Shown piece by piece: positions 49,640-62,650 of a stretch of 64,000 bases of DNA. The stretch comes from Mobula hypostoma. Lineage: Eukaryota. Position 1 is the stretch's first letter. Every line of letters begins with the position of its first letter. The position numbers and the translations under genes were made by a program. Location: contig NC_086097.1 in the NCBI RefSeq assembly GCF_963921235.1, positions 166,100,001 through 166,164,000 of the forward strand, in the 5' to 3' direction. Under the pieces are notes generated by a model. It had not been told where the DNA came from and searched no databases. It was given only the letters and a program-made list of their open reading frames with translations.

Positions 49640-50560
49640 TTAACATGGGCACTGGCCCTTTGGCTCAACTCATTGATGCCAACCAAAATGCCTTCCTGAG
49701 TGAGTTCTAGTTTAGCCCTTATCCCTCTAAACCTTTCCTATCTATGAACCTGTCCAAATGTCTCTTTAAATCTTGTTATTGTACCTGCTTCTGCTACTTC
49801 CTCTGGCAGCTCATTCCATACATCATCCTCTGTGTGAAAAATGTGCCCCTCAAGTTCCCTTTCAGTCTTTCCTCTCTCACTTTAAATCTTGACGTTCTAG
49901 TTTTGGATGTCTCTGCTCTGGAAAAAAGACTGTGATAATCGACCATATTACAGCTCATGATTTTATTAACCTCTGTAGGGTCACTCTTCACTCTCACTCA
50001 TGCCACCTCACTCTCAGCCTATCCAGTCTCTCCTTATAACTCAAGGCTTACACCGAATATTTATTGCACCTTCTCTAGCTTGGTCACATTCTTCATATAG
50101 TATGGTGACTACAACTGCACGTAATATTCGAGAAGAGTTCTCACCATCATCTTGTACTACAGTAACATGACATTCCAACTCTGATACTCAGCGCCCCAGA
50201 TGATAAAGGCAAGCATGCCATGTGCTTTCTTCACCACCTTTACTACCCTTATCACCACTTTCAGGGGATCCACCCACTTGTACCTCTAGGTCTGTCTGTT
50301 CTACACCACACCTCATGGCCCTGTCATTCACTGTGTATGTCCTGCCCTAGTTTAACTTATCAACATGAAACACATCGTCTGAGTTATATTCCATCTGCTA
50401 TTTTCAGCCTACTTTTCCAGTTGATCAAGGTCTTGTAATCTTGCCAAACTTCTTTACTATACAATCAATTATAGTGTCATCAGTAAACTTACTAATTACG
50501 CCATCTATCTTCTCAGCCAGATCATTATTAAATATGACAAACAAGGGGCACAGCAATAAC
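49640..50560 (-). mobile_element. CR1 LINE 3' fragment, old
   Basis: LFSRAETSKTRTSRFKVREERLKGNLRGTFFTQR (49794-49997) and GTCATCAGTAAACTTACTA (reverse of SKF.DD). Confidence 0.75.
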
Positions 50561-53500
50561 TCATGGAACCATCTTGGAGTCACATTCATGTCCACAGAAT
50601 ATCCTGTCTGTCCTTCGAACTATTGAGTCTCCTATCACTTTAGATCTCCTGCCGTGTTTAGAGCTGAGGAGGGATGATAACAGTGGTTCAATTATCCTGC
50701 TGGTGGGTTGGGAAGATTTCGCCAAGACAGCATTGATGGTCCCTGTCTAGTACCTTAACATACTTGTTCTAGGTAGTCAACAGAGGGGTACAGGACTGCA
50801 GGTGCCTGGAGGGATTTGTGCTGGCTTTGAGAAATTGATCTTCTGTCATCATTAATATCCAGAGACTGTTTTCATTAATATCCAAAGACTGTTTGAGCTC
50901 TTCCTCTGAACAGAAGTATTGTTTGGAAGTCTTGTTCATCCTCCCTAATATGTTTCTCCATCTGCCCATCATTACCCCTCATCTGGTTCCATTAATCACC
51001 TACCAGCCTCTGTCTTTCCTTTTTCTCTCCCTTCTACAGAACTACCTTTCTGCACTCTCAGTTCTGCTGCAGGATTTTGACCCTTTCCCTTGCAAATGCT
51101 CCAGCAATTTGTGTCCTGCTCCAGATTCCAGCATCTGTAGTCTCTTCTGTCTCCGCGTGTTGTCTGCGGTCTGTAGCTCTGGCTGATCTTCATTCTGGAA
51201 TGGAGGTGTTGTGTGCTGTGGAATGAACTATTTTCCATTAGCTGTAGATTAGCTTCACTTCAACGGGACAGTTGCAGTGTGAAAGATTGGAAGATATGTC
51301 TGTATGATGTCACAGCTTTGCTGTTGCTGCTGAGATTAATTCAGTAATTGTGCATTGGTAAGGATTGTGGCTGATGTAAAATAGAGACCAAATTTAGCAT
51401 GCAGCCAAATTTGAAGAGGGTACTGCACAGACTTTCAGTTAACAGAATCAAATGTTTTAGTAAGGTTATGTTGGTTGTCCTGTGAGAAAATGACATTTCC
51501 TGTTCCCCAAAACCTCTTCACCACTTAAAATGTACAAATATAGAACATAAAACAGTACAGCACAGTACAGACTTTTTGGCCTACGATGTTGTGTCAATTT
51601 TTTAACCTACTCCAAGATCAATCTAATACTTCCCTTAAGTGTCTCTTAAATGTTTATAATGCATGTGCTTCTACCACAACCGCTGGAAGCATTTTCCATA
51701 CACCCACCAATCCTGTCTTAAAAAACTTACCTCTGACATCCCCCAAAACTTTTCGCCATATTTATGCCATATCATATCAGTCATTTCTGCTCTGGGATTG
51801 TGATGGGATTCTGTCCACTTCCGTAATCATCTCCAACAGCACTCGTATTATCCAAAGTAAAGCAGTCTGTTTGAAACACTCGATATCATGATGCTGTAAA
51901 GGTTACATTGTGTTTCATTCACTGCAGAACTTGGCCAAATTTCCTTCATCAGCAAAGGCATGCCCTTTCCACATAGAACAACAAGGGCAGTTTAGGAACA
52001 CCAGCATAAGCAGGTTCTCTTAGTTTTACATCATCCTGGCTCAGAAATCCTGAACTCATTCTAACAGTTGTATGGAAGGGCCTTTTGAGGAAGCAATCCC
52101 TTATTCCTGCAGATGGGGCAGAACCTTTTAGAAGAAGGTAGTTCATATGACTTTCTCAGGACAGCTAGGGAAGTCTTAGGTGCAGTAGTTGTTTAGCCTT
52201 GCCCATGATATCCCCACTTAGTGACTGAATTAAAGAAAACTGTTCTCAGTTTCTATCTGCATTTTAGACCCACCCATCATGAAGCTTTCAGAAAAGTTAT
52301 CAGCCTTGAATATTGACTATTTCCCTCCCCACTGATATCACCAGATTTGCAGGATACCTCCAGCATTTTGCTTTAATTTGCTTAGAACTTTGTTGTCAAC
52401 ATCTACAGTATCTTGAAATTTTCTTTATTACCTCCATCAATAATGTTTAACACTGACTGCTTGCTTCCAAAGCATACTTGAAATCCTTCAATGATCTTAT
52501 TCCATTTTACTCTCACAGCCTTTCCTTATCCCTCCTTCCAACTCATACGATTTGTTTTTATGAGCCTAGATTTTTGTTTCACTGTTCTCTCTTCTGACCA
52601 CATTTCCTTTGACATCTGCTCATATCTTCTTCTTGTCCATTGTCATAAGTTTATTTTTGTAATGTTAATATAACCTTGCTCTATTTTTCCAGCCTCCTGT
52701 CTGTATGTATGCTCAGCTGTATTGCTGATTGCATAAGCAAATAAGAGTAGAATTACCAAAAGAACATCTTTTATTGAAGGCATGAACTTTCATGTAAACG
52801 GTCATCTTCGTTACATTGATATGTCAACATCATAGACCACTCCCATTCCTTGATTTTAATTTTCAGGTCAAATTGCCTTCTTTTTTAACATAGCAAAATA
52901 TACCAGGGTGCTGAAGGAAGCATAAATAGCCACAGAATAGAAACGTTTGGTAGGACCCATAGACGTATTTTAAAATGTGTCATAAAGGAAACAAAAGAGT
53001 TGTTCAGGGGATAAATGTCAGGAAAGGAATTCTAGTGTTTAAGTGCAATCATTCCGAAGATTTGGTTTCCAGGATGAAGAAAGTGGGGAATGGAAAAGAG
53101 ACCAAATTGGGAAGAATGTTCGATTTCCAATGATTGCTGGTAAGAATGGTTTCAATAGAGGAGGTGGATGTGGTCATGGAGTTGGTTGAACAAAAGAATG
53201 AGAATTTAAATTTGGAGCATTATGAAGTTTTAATGAGCACAGGCAGCTGAGGGAAAGAGTATCAGTTAGAACTCAGTCAGTGGATGTTCAAACTCACTGA
53301 AGGATCAGTGAATCAATGTCAGTGTCCTCTCCCAGACCAACATACCCAACAGTGTGGTCTTATTACACTCAGCTGGCTCTGTTGGGAAGACCACATTGTT
53401 AAGAATCTGCTCAAAGCCTCTTTGGTGAAGTGCAACTTCTCTGCCTACTCCTGAGAATTTCTGGTCTATGATTTATCAGAGTTCTTGGAAAACTCGCATT

Positions 53501-54032
53501 TGGGATAGCATTCAGAATTATTGGAATCCCTGTCTAAATGGTGAATTGAGTGCACTATCTCACAAACTATTGACCCACCCACAAACTATCTGTTAGGAAA
53601 CTGTTACCCCATCTGTGGAATAGTCTGCAGTTCCCCATAATAGTCACATCAGTCACCTTAGAACCTTGAACCCAATGTGAAAGGAGGTCATCTTCGATCT
53701 CAAGGGACTACTGAAGAAAAAGAGGAGATTTGAATCAGCTGAGGTTCACTGAGGTAAGGCAATATATCATGTTTAAGCTACTGAAGCTGATAATTAAAAT
53801 AAGATCATAAATATTAATTGTAACTCCAAAGCATAAAACTAATTGAAAGGAAATATGAAGCTGGGAATGTGTGTCTTGGTTTTGTTTTTATTTTAACCGA
53901 GCTACGTATGTATGATGTGGTGGTGTGATGATGTATTCACGTACTTCTACATACGGTACTTTTACAACTCATAATCAATTATTTAAATGAACAAGAATGC
54001 TTAATCAAACAATATATTTACAATATTACTCA

Positions 54033-54622
54033 AATCTAAGAGGCCTCTGTTGGTCAGGATCGACTATGGATGTTGTGTCCCAGCTGTCTAGATATGCAAG
54101 GCCTGGGCAGTACAATATAGAGTGTAAGCTGTTGCCCCTGTAGCAAGCTCCCCCTCTGGTGAACCCAAAGAAATGGCAAAGACCGATACAGTTGGCACCA
54201 GCAGTGTTGCAGGATTTACCAGTCAGCATTGACCTTAACGTAGGACTGCCTTAGGCACTCCAGCTATGGCTTTTTTTCCTTTGGTGTTTACCCCTGACAT
54301 CTTCCCCATGAGTAGGTACAGCCACAAGACAGTGGAGATTTGAGATCAGAGTCTTCCTTCTCCTAGAAGAGCTGCCAACCATGGCTGATGAGCCCCATCC
54401 ACCTGAAGTGATTGGCATTAAGGCACCAGTAACCTGGGCTTGCCCCTTCTCCTGTCAGTAGAAGTGGTTCCACTGGGCTTAGTAGCTAAGCCACATGTGA
54501 AGACCAGGAGGTGGACTTGGTTGTCAGAGGCTATTTGAGGCGCATGCCATTGGGAGCATTTAGTAGGTAGTTGGAGCTTGTTCCCATTATAACACCCCAG
54601 CAATAAAAACCTTAAAAAACCA
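54033..54622. mobile_element. Non-coding, probably RTE-related insertion inside the 3' LTR
   Basis: TSD AATATTACTCA at 54022-54032 and 54623-54633. Absent from the sister LTR. Contains TTCCTTCTCCTAG..G.TGCC and GGTTGTCAGAGGCTATTTGAGGCGCATGCCATTGGGAGC, recalled from RTE-family UTRs. Confidence 0.65.
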
Positions 54623-57283
54623 AATATTACTCAGCTATTACTGAAATATAAAATACACAACACTCTTTCCTGCTCAGCTATAAATTCCAACTCAATATCT
54701 GTGCCTTGAAAAAGTTTTCTGCCCTCAACACTTCTGTGGATTGAAAATGGACACTAGTGGTTGATGAACTCTCCCATACAAGTACTAGTTGAAATGTTTT
54801 ACACCCCAAACCGGACTCAAGACCTCTCTGTTGATCTGTGCTTAATTTTTCACTGCATCGCTAAGGAAACATAATGCAAGGGTGATGGCAAGTTCCATCA
54901 CTCATACCATGTGACATGACAGCACCTATACCATAAGACAAAGTGTCACAGGCAAGCTTCACAGGATGATATGGATGATAATATCTGAGTACAGTGTCTG
55001 ATGTCACCATTTCTTTTGTCTTTCGGAAAGCCATCTCACACGGCTTCTTCCTGATCTGTAGTCATGAGTTCAAGGGGTGAAACATAATAGCCAAGTTTGG
55101 CAGAAACCTGTTACAGTAATTGACAAATCTCAAAACAGACAACAACTGTGACACATCCTTTGGCCTTGGGACATCCACCACTGCTTGAATTTTCTCAGCA
55201 CACTTGTATAAATCTTGTGCATCAATGGTGTGACCACAGTAAATGATGCTTGGTTTAAAGAACTCACACTTGTTGTGTTGTGCTCTGAGCCCAAAAGCTT
55301 CTAATCTTTTTAACACTGTCTTGAGATTTTGGAGATGTTCTTTATCATCATTAGCAGAAACAATGATGTCATCCAGGTAACACTGAGTGCCTGGACAGCC
55401 TTGCAGTACCTGGTCCACAGCTTTCTGACAGAATGAAGGTGCAGATGTCACTCCAAAAATAAGCCTATTAGAGTGATAAACCCTTTGAGCATTTATGGTG
55501 GTAAACATTTTGGACTCTTCTTCCACCTCCATCTGTAGATAGGCCTCAGCTAAGTCCACTTTGCTGAAGTGCTCTCTTCCAGAAAGGTATGCAAAGATAT
55601 CCTCTATCCTGGAAAGAGCATATTGATCTATTTCAGTACTGGCTTTATGGTGACCTTAATATCATCACAGATCCTGACAGACCCATTCTTCTTGGGTACT
55701 GGTACCACTGGCATTGCCCTTGGGCTCCACTCAACCTTGAAAAGAATTCCTTCAGTGTCCATGTGATCTAGCCCAGTGGTTACTTTATCAAGGATGGGCT
55801 TACTAAAACATGGATATGGTACTTTCATTTAACACTACTCTTGATATGGTTGAGTTTTCCACTGACCTCCATGAACATTGTTGTGGAATCATTCAGTTCC
55901 TTACTAATTGGCTTTCAGGTGACTGTGTTGCAGGGGATGTGAAATGCAAATTTTGGATCAATCTCCAGTCAAGTTGTAGTACTCTCAGTCACTCACATCC
56001 CCACATTGCTGGCCCTCTGATTTTTTCCACATACAAGCCCAATATGGCTTGTTGGTTGTTGTATTTCACTGTTGTGATTGTCATTCCCACAGGAGTTATC
56101 TTTTCTCCAGTACAAGTTTTTTGTTGGGTATTTGCAGGCTTCAGTTCAGTATCTTTGAAATGCCATTCAAACTCATTTTGTGGGATGATTGAAACAGCCA
56201 AGCTAGTGTCCAATTCCTTTTATTTCATTTCCCATTCACTTCTGGTGTAAGCCATATTGGCCGTCTATTGTTCATTTTCACATTGTTATTTCAACAACAT
56301 GCAGATTAGTGCTGTTTTTGAAAATGCATCTCCATTTTTTAGCTTTTTCTCTACCTTGTGCAGACCATTTATTTTTGACTGCCTGACACAATCTTTGTAT
56401 ATTTCCTACTTTGTTGTAGTTTCTGCAAATTTCACCTTTAAATCTGCTTTGGTCTAGTATATGTGAGCCCCTGCCACAATGGTAACACAATTTCTTTAGC
56501 CAGGTGGGCTTCTGTTTAGATGTTGCAATTTTGTTCATGCTCACTTTCATTCCTGACTGCAGCTCAACTGCGTCTCTCTCTGCTGTTTCCATTGATATGT
56601 CTATTTCAACTGTTGTTTAAATGTGAGTTGTGGTTCAGTTAGGAGTAGTTTTTGAATGCTTTCCTGTAAGCTTCCACAAACTAAATGATCTCTCAGTGCA
56701 TCATTAAGTCCATCACTGAACTGATAATTCTCAGACTATCTCTTTCATTCAGCCACAAATGCTGAAATGGACTCCCTTTCTTTTGAAACCCAAATCTGCT
56801 TATAAAACCTAAAGCATTCTGCAATCAACAATGGTTTCATTTCTAAATGTTCCTGCATTACTTTCCTGATAAGAGCAAAACTCATTTTGGCTGGTTTCGT
56901 TAGAACAGTCAACCTTCAAAGCCAACTGTATGCGTTTAAATGCACTCAGATAAACTGACACTTGTATTTCATTCACTTCAAAATACTATTCAATTCACTC
57001 AGTGTACATGAGCCAGTTATCTGTTGTGCAGTCAAAAATGCCTATCTTTCTGATGCAGGCAGCTATTTCTGCTTTTTTATTTGTGGTTATCACCACCTTG
57101 TCCTTACTGTTTATGAATCCATGAACTCATCTGTTTGCTGCTTTTTTAAAAACTCGACTGCCATCTCTTTCTCCCTTCCCAAGAGGCATGTGCTGCATTG
57201 CTTCCTTTTCATTTGAATGCCTTGCTGTGTTTCAGCAGGTTGGTAGTTGTCTTGGGTTCATTTTTAAAATACCTTGTCACTGG

Positions 57284-57528
57284 TGTTATGTTTTGTAACT
57301 CCAAAGTATAAAACTAATTGAAGAGAATCATGGATCTGGAAATGGCTATCTTAGTTGCACTTTTACATTGTGAGGCATGCACATATGACATGGTGTCATG
57401 ATGACATATGCCATTTACATGTTTTAACATGTACGCCATAGTGAATTATTTAAAATAATAAGAATGCTCAATCAAACAATATATTTATAATATTACTCAA
57501 CTATTACTAAAATATTAAATACACAACA
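57284..57528 (-). repeat. 5' LTR of the Gypsy provirus
   Basis: TGTT...AACA termini. Shares TGTAACTCCAAAG.ATAAAACTAATTGAA and AAGAATGCT.AATCAAACAATATATTTA with 53819-54032. Confidence 0.85.
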
Positions 57529-58078
57529 CTGATAAAGAATTTTGGGACAAAATATTGACTGTTTTTTTACCTCCATATGTTCTGTCTGATTTTATGAATT
57601 CCTCTAGCATTTTGTGTGTGTAGTCCAATTATTCTGCACAATGACCCTCCAAATTTGTCTGCTTTGAACTTGTACTCCCTGCAATCTTTTTGTAAATTGC
57701 CATTGAATCTGCTTCCACCATCCTTTCTGATAGTGCATTCCAGATCAGAACTATATTGCATCCTTTTTTGTATTATTTTCATGAAGTATTTATTTATACA
57801 CCACACCCCACATTATTGAAGAGTTCGTATTCCTAGAAAACCAATTTTCAGGAACATAAGCCCTTAATGAAAATATGACAAAATTGATCAATTCTTTTGC
57901 ATTTTGTGTGTATTTTTCTCAGATTAAATCTATAAGAGCATATACTTATTCAGTGTATCAAAAGTTTTGGCAATAATTTGTGAATTTTATAGGAGTAAAT
58001 TTCCATTAGTCAAAATATAGGTAATTCATCAGATGCTGGAAATCTTGATCAATATGCATTAAAAATTGTTATATTTAG

Positions 58079-58658
58079 TGTTACTCTTGCTTCGGTTAGC
58101 AGCTTAATATAGGGGATGACAGCCTCCCCGGCCCGGCCAAACTTAAGAAATCTTGTTTGGGTGGATGCTGTGTGATATGTTCCCTGTCACAAATCAGCAT
58201 CACAAAATAACAAACAGTACATAATATGTGATTAAACGACTGAGCTTTATAATTCTTAATTTGACTATATGGTTAGTAAAGAAAGAAAAAAAGAAAAAGG
58301 GCCCATTCTCATGAAATAGTCTAATGCACAATGTTGGAGCTCGCTGATAGGGCCGTTCATCCACCATCGACCTCCTCCGATCGCCGTTGATCTTGGACCC
58401 TCGCTCCAAGTCCATTCCATCCAAGGTCTACCAACTCTCTCCATTCCCGTCTTCTCTCCTCATCTCTCCCCAGCAAAAGACTGCGAATTCCCGGCTCCCA
58501 GACACACAAGAAAGAACAACATCCCACTCATTGGCTAGCATGGCCCATTATCTCTAGTCATAACCCAGATATTGCTGCTACAGAGAAACCATTACCTCTG
58601 CAGTGGAACATTACAGAGAAGCCATAACATTAGCAATGAAACCTTCCAGCGTGTTACA
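58079..58658 (-). mobile_element. Solo LTR related to the Gypsy LTR at 3222-3782
   Basis: TG...CA termini and near-TSD TTAG/GTAG. The minus strand begins TGTAACACGCTGGAAGGTTTCA and contains GTCAAATTAAGAATTATAAAGCT, as at 3581-3603. Confidence 0.85.
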
Positions 58659-58747
58659 GTAGTTTCCTGAGATCATGAACAGTGCAGTTGCCATGCCAAG
58701 TTGCGATACATGGTTGGTCTGGAGTCCTGATGAAGGGTCTCAGCCAG

Positions 58748-59682
58748 AATCTAGTGATTCTTGAAAGATACCTACTAATGCCTCCACAATCTCTTCAGCT
58801 ACTACTTTCAGAAAATTGGGGTGAAATTCATCTGGTCCAGGGGACTTATCTACCTTCAGACCTTTCAGTTTTCCAAGTACCTTCTCCTTAGTACTAACAA
58901 ATACACTCACTTCTGACCCCTGACACTCTTGAATTTCTGGCATACGGCTGGTGTCTTCCACAGTGAAGACTAGCACAAAATATTTATTAAGTTCGTCTGC
59001 CTTAACCTTATCCCTGATTACTACTTCTTCAGTTCCACTGGTCCAATATACATTCTTGCCTCTCTTTTACTCTTTATATATTGTATCTGAAAAAAATGTT
59101 TGGTATCCTCTTTGATATTTTTGCTGTGCTTACCTTTATACTTCATCATTTTTCTCCTTATGGTACTTTAGTTGCTTGCTGTTGGTTTTTAAAAGCTTCC
59201 CAATTCTCTATTTTCCCACAAATTTTTGCTATATTATATGCTCTCTCTTTTCCTTTCATTCTGCCTTTGACTTTGCTTGTCATACATGGTTGCATCATTC
59301 TCCCTTTAGAATACTCCTTCATCTTTGGGATGTATCTATCCTGTGCCTTCTGAATTGTCTCCCAAAACTCCAGCCATTGCTGTTCTGCTGTCATCTCTGC
59401 TAATGTCCCCTTCCAATAAACTTTGGCCAGCTCCGATCTCATGCCTCTGTAATTCTCTTTACACCACTGTAATACAGTTACATCAGACTTTATCTTGTCT
59501 CTCTTAACTGCAGGGGGAATTCTATCATATTATGATCACTTACTCCCAAAGTTTCCATTACCTAACGCTCCCTAATCAAATCTGGTTCATTACACAACAG
59601 CCAGCCAATCCAGAATTGCCTTTCCCCTAGTGGGCTCAACCACAAGCTGCTCCAAAAAGCCATCTCGTAGGCATTCTACAAA
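58748..59682 (-). mobile_element. CR1 LINE internal fragment (different subfamily)
   Basis: RSELAKVYWKGTL...QQWLEFWETIQKAQDRYIP and VFTVEDT...LKVDKSPGPD.FHP..LK.VAEEIVEAL. Confidence 0.85.
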
Positions 59683-59889
59683 TCCCCATTGCTTTAGAGC
59701 AATATTTATCAAAAATACTGAGCAGTTCATTTTGCCCTCACAAAGAAAACATTGTTCTCAATCTTGGGAACATCTGCTTACATATATTTTTGTCACAGCT
59801 AGAGCCAAACCTTGCAGGCAGGATTATGCTCAAACAATGACAAATGCAAACACCAGATCTAAAATTGCATGCAAGCAATGAAAATAAGA

Positions 59890-60772
59890 AACATGAGAAA
59901 TTCTGCCGATGCTGGCGGAACCCAGCAGCTCAGGTAGCATCTAAGGAAATGAATAAACAGTTGATGTTTCAGTCCAAGACCCTTCTTCAGGACTGAAAAG
60001 GAAGGAGGAAGACGACAGAATAAAATGGTGTGAAGTGGTGAAGGCGGATAGCTAGAAAGTGATAGGTGAAGCCAGGTGGGTAGGAAAGGTAAAGGTAAAT
60101 GACTGTAGGAGAAAGGGAAGAAGGTGGGATCCAGGGGGAGGTGAGAGGTCGGTGAGAAATGGTAAGAGGCCAGAGTGGGGAACAGAAGAGGGGAGGGGAA
60201 GGGAAATGTTTTTACTGGAACAAGAAATCGATATTCTTGGCGTCAGGTTGGAGGCTGCACAGATAGAATATGAGGTGTTGCTCCTCCATCCTGAGGGTGG
60301 CCTCATTGTAGCACAAGAGGAGGCCATGGACTGACATGTCAGAACGGGAATGGGAATGTGAATTAAAACGTTTGGCAACCGGATGCAGTGGAGGTGCTCA
60401 ATGAAGCAGTCCCCCGAATTACGATGGGTCTCACCAATGTAGAGGTGGCTGCATCAGGACTATTGGAAACAGTAGACGACTCCAGTTGATTTGCAGCTGA
60501 AGTGTTGCCTCATCTGGAAGATGGGGTGAGTGTAGGTGTTCAAGAAATGGAGGAGATGCGGGTGAGGACGACATCAATAGTGGAGAAAGGGAAACCCCAT
60601 TCGTTGAAGAAGGAGGGCATCTCTGATGTCCAGGAAAGGAAAACAACATCCTGGGAACAGATGTGGCGAAGATGAAGGAACTGAGAAAAGGAAGTAGCAT
60701 TTTTACATGAGACATGGTGGGAAGAGATATAGTCAAGATAGCCATGGGAATTGGTAGATTTATTAATGATGT
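59890..60772 (-). mobile_element. Penelope-like element fragment with internal deletions
   Basis: NSHGYLDYISSHHVSCKNATSFSQFLHLRHICSQD (60540-60779), a GIY-YIG remnant and a reverse pLTR. Confidence 0.85.
59959..59994 (-). ncRNA. Minimal hammerhead ribozyme motif
   Basis: Minus strand AGTC-CTGAAGA-AGGGTCTTGGACT-GAAAC-ATC-AACT. Confidence 0.6.
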
Positions 60773-62650
60773 CTAACACAAAATAAGCTTGAACAAACTC
60801 TTAGCATAGTGCATCTACAAATCTCAAAGCAAATGGTGCTGTTTCATTTAATTTTATACCACAAAATAAAACAAAACTATAGCGACAGTGAGTGATTACA
60901 GATTCTCTTTTGACTGCAGATTAAAACATTTTCACTTGCCTTTAAATTACATTTCCTATTTGCCTCTCACCCTTGTGTAATATTTGCTTATTATAGTAAT
61001 GTGTGTGCATTGAACCTCTTTCAGTGCTGAGGACAGGTAAATTGGTCAACTGAAACCCCGCTAGCTCTAGAAACCAGTGTTACTTCTGGCTCTGCTCTCA
61101 TGATATGTTTGTTCTTTGGTAAACGTTCCACTTCATTTCCTTCCTGACCAAGCATTTTTGAAATATATTTGTGTTTATGGTGCCAATGACTCTTGGAGGG
61201 TACCCTGTAATAAATTAATAAATTACATTTATTTTTCTGCTGTTGACTAAGACTGTTGTAGGTGCAGAATAGCACTGCGCCTTCCACATCTGGATAAATA
61301 ATGGACGTAGATTGTTGGTACTACAAAAAGTGTCCCAAATAAGGAGTAGTAATGTTTCAGCCTTAGCCCAACCTAATCAGAAGCTCTGGCTAACTTAGAT
61401 GCTGATTGTTCTTCCCGCATTGATGATCTCCATAGTTTCTCAGCAACACCCAGGTTAAATAACTGGACTAAATATTCATCTGAACCAATGCTCAAGCTCA
61501 TCTGTTTCTCTGGTCAGTTTCATAAACATCAGGGTCCAAGTTGTACATCTAGAGTTAACCCTACTGATGTTATTTAAGCCAATAAAAATACTTTCATCCA
61601 CTGAGAAAATCTAAGAGTCTCTTAAAAGACCCTATTGTATCTGCTTCCACCACAGCTGGGTGCACAGCCCCTGCACCCACCATTCTCTGTGTGAAAAATT
61701 TACCCCTGACATCCCATCTGTATCTACTTCCCAGCACCTTAAAACTGTGCCCCCTCGTGTTAACCATTTCAGCCCTGGGAAAAAGCCTCTGGCTATCCAC
61801 ACGATCAATGCCTCTCATCATCTTATACACTTCTATCAAGTCAGCTCTCATCCTCCAAGGAGAAAAGATCAAGTTCACTCAACTAATTCTCATAAGACAT
61901 GCTTTCCAATCCGGCAACATCCTGGTGAATCTCCTCTGCACTCTCTCTATCGTATCCACATCCTTCCTGTTGTGAGGTGACCAGAACTGAACACAATACT
62001 CCAGATGGGGTCTAACCAAGGTCTTAGATAGCTGTAACATTACCTCTCTGCTCTTGAACTCAATCCCATGGTTGATGAATGCTAATACACCATACACCTT
62101 CTTAACAACACGGTCAACCTGTGCAGCAGCTTTGAATGTCCTATGGACACGGACCCCAAGATCCCTCAGATCCTCTAGACTGCCAAGAGTCTTAGCGTTA
62201 ATATTATATTCTGTTTTCAAATTTGACCTTTCAAAATAAACCACTTCACACTTATCTGTGTTGAAGTCCATCTGCCACTTCTCAGCCCAGTTCTGCATTC
62301 TATCGATGTCCCACTGTAACCCTCCTGACTATCCACAACGCCCCCAATTTTGTGTCCTAGGCAAACTTACTAACCCACACTTCAACTTCTTCATCTAGGT
62401 CCTTTATAAAAATCACAAAGAGTAGAGGTCCCTGAACAGATCTTAGAGGTACACCACTGGTCACCGACCTCCATGCAGAATATGAACCATCTACGACAAC
62501 CTTTTGCCTTCTGTGGGCAAGCCAATTCTGGATCTACAAAGCAAGGTCTCCTTAGATCGCATGTCTCCTTTTCTTCTGAATGAGCCTTGCATGGGGAACC
62601 TTATCAAATGCCTTACTGACATCCATATACACTATATCCACTGCTCTACC

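Larger units (their letters stand above)
53812..57528 (-). mobile_element. Ty3/Gypsy (Mag-like) provirus with both LTRs, integrase deleted
   Basis: Gag double Zn knuckle CYHCGRGSH...ICRNYNKVGN (56278-56592), protease DTSLAVSII, RT PVVPVPKKNGSVRIC, DLAEAYLQ, FGVTSAP, YLDDII (55062-55828) and RNase H remnant. LTRs at 57284-57528 and ~53812-54662. PPT AGCAGGAAAGAG (54663-54674, minus). Confidence 0.92.

Noticed and set aside
54090..54230. HDV-like or hammerhead ribozyme in the LTR insertion
   Set aside because: Could not fit the nested double pseudoknot. CTGATGA at ~54385 lacks a properly placed GAAA and stems.
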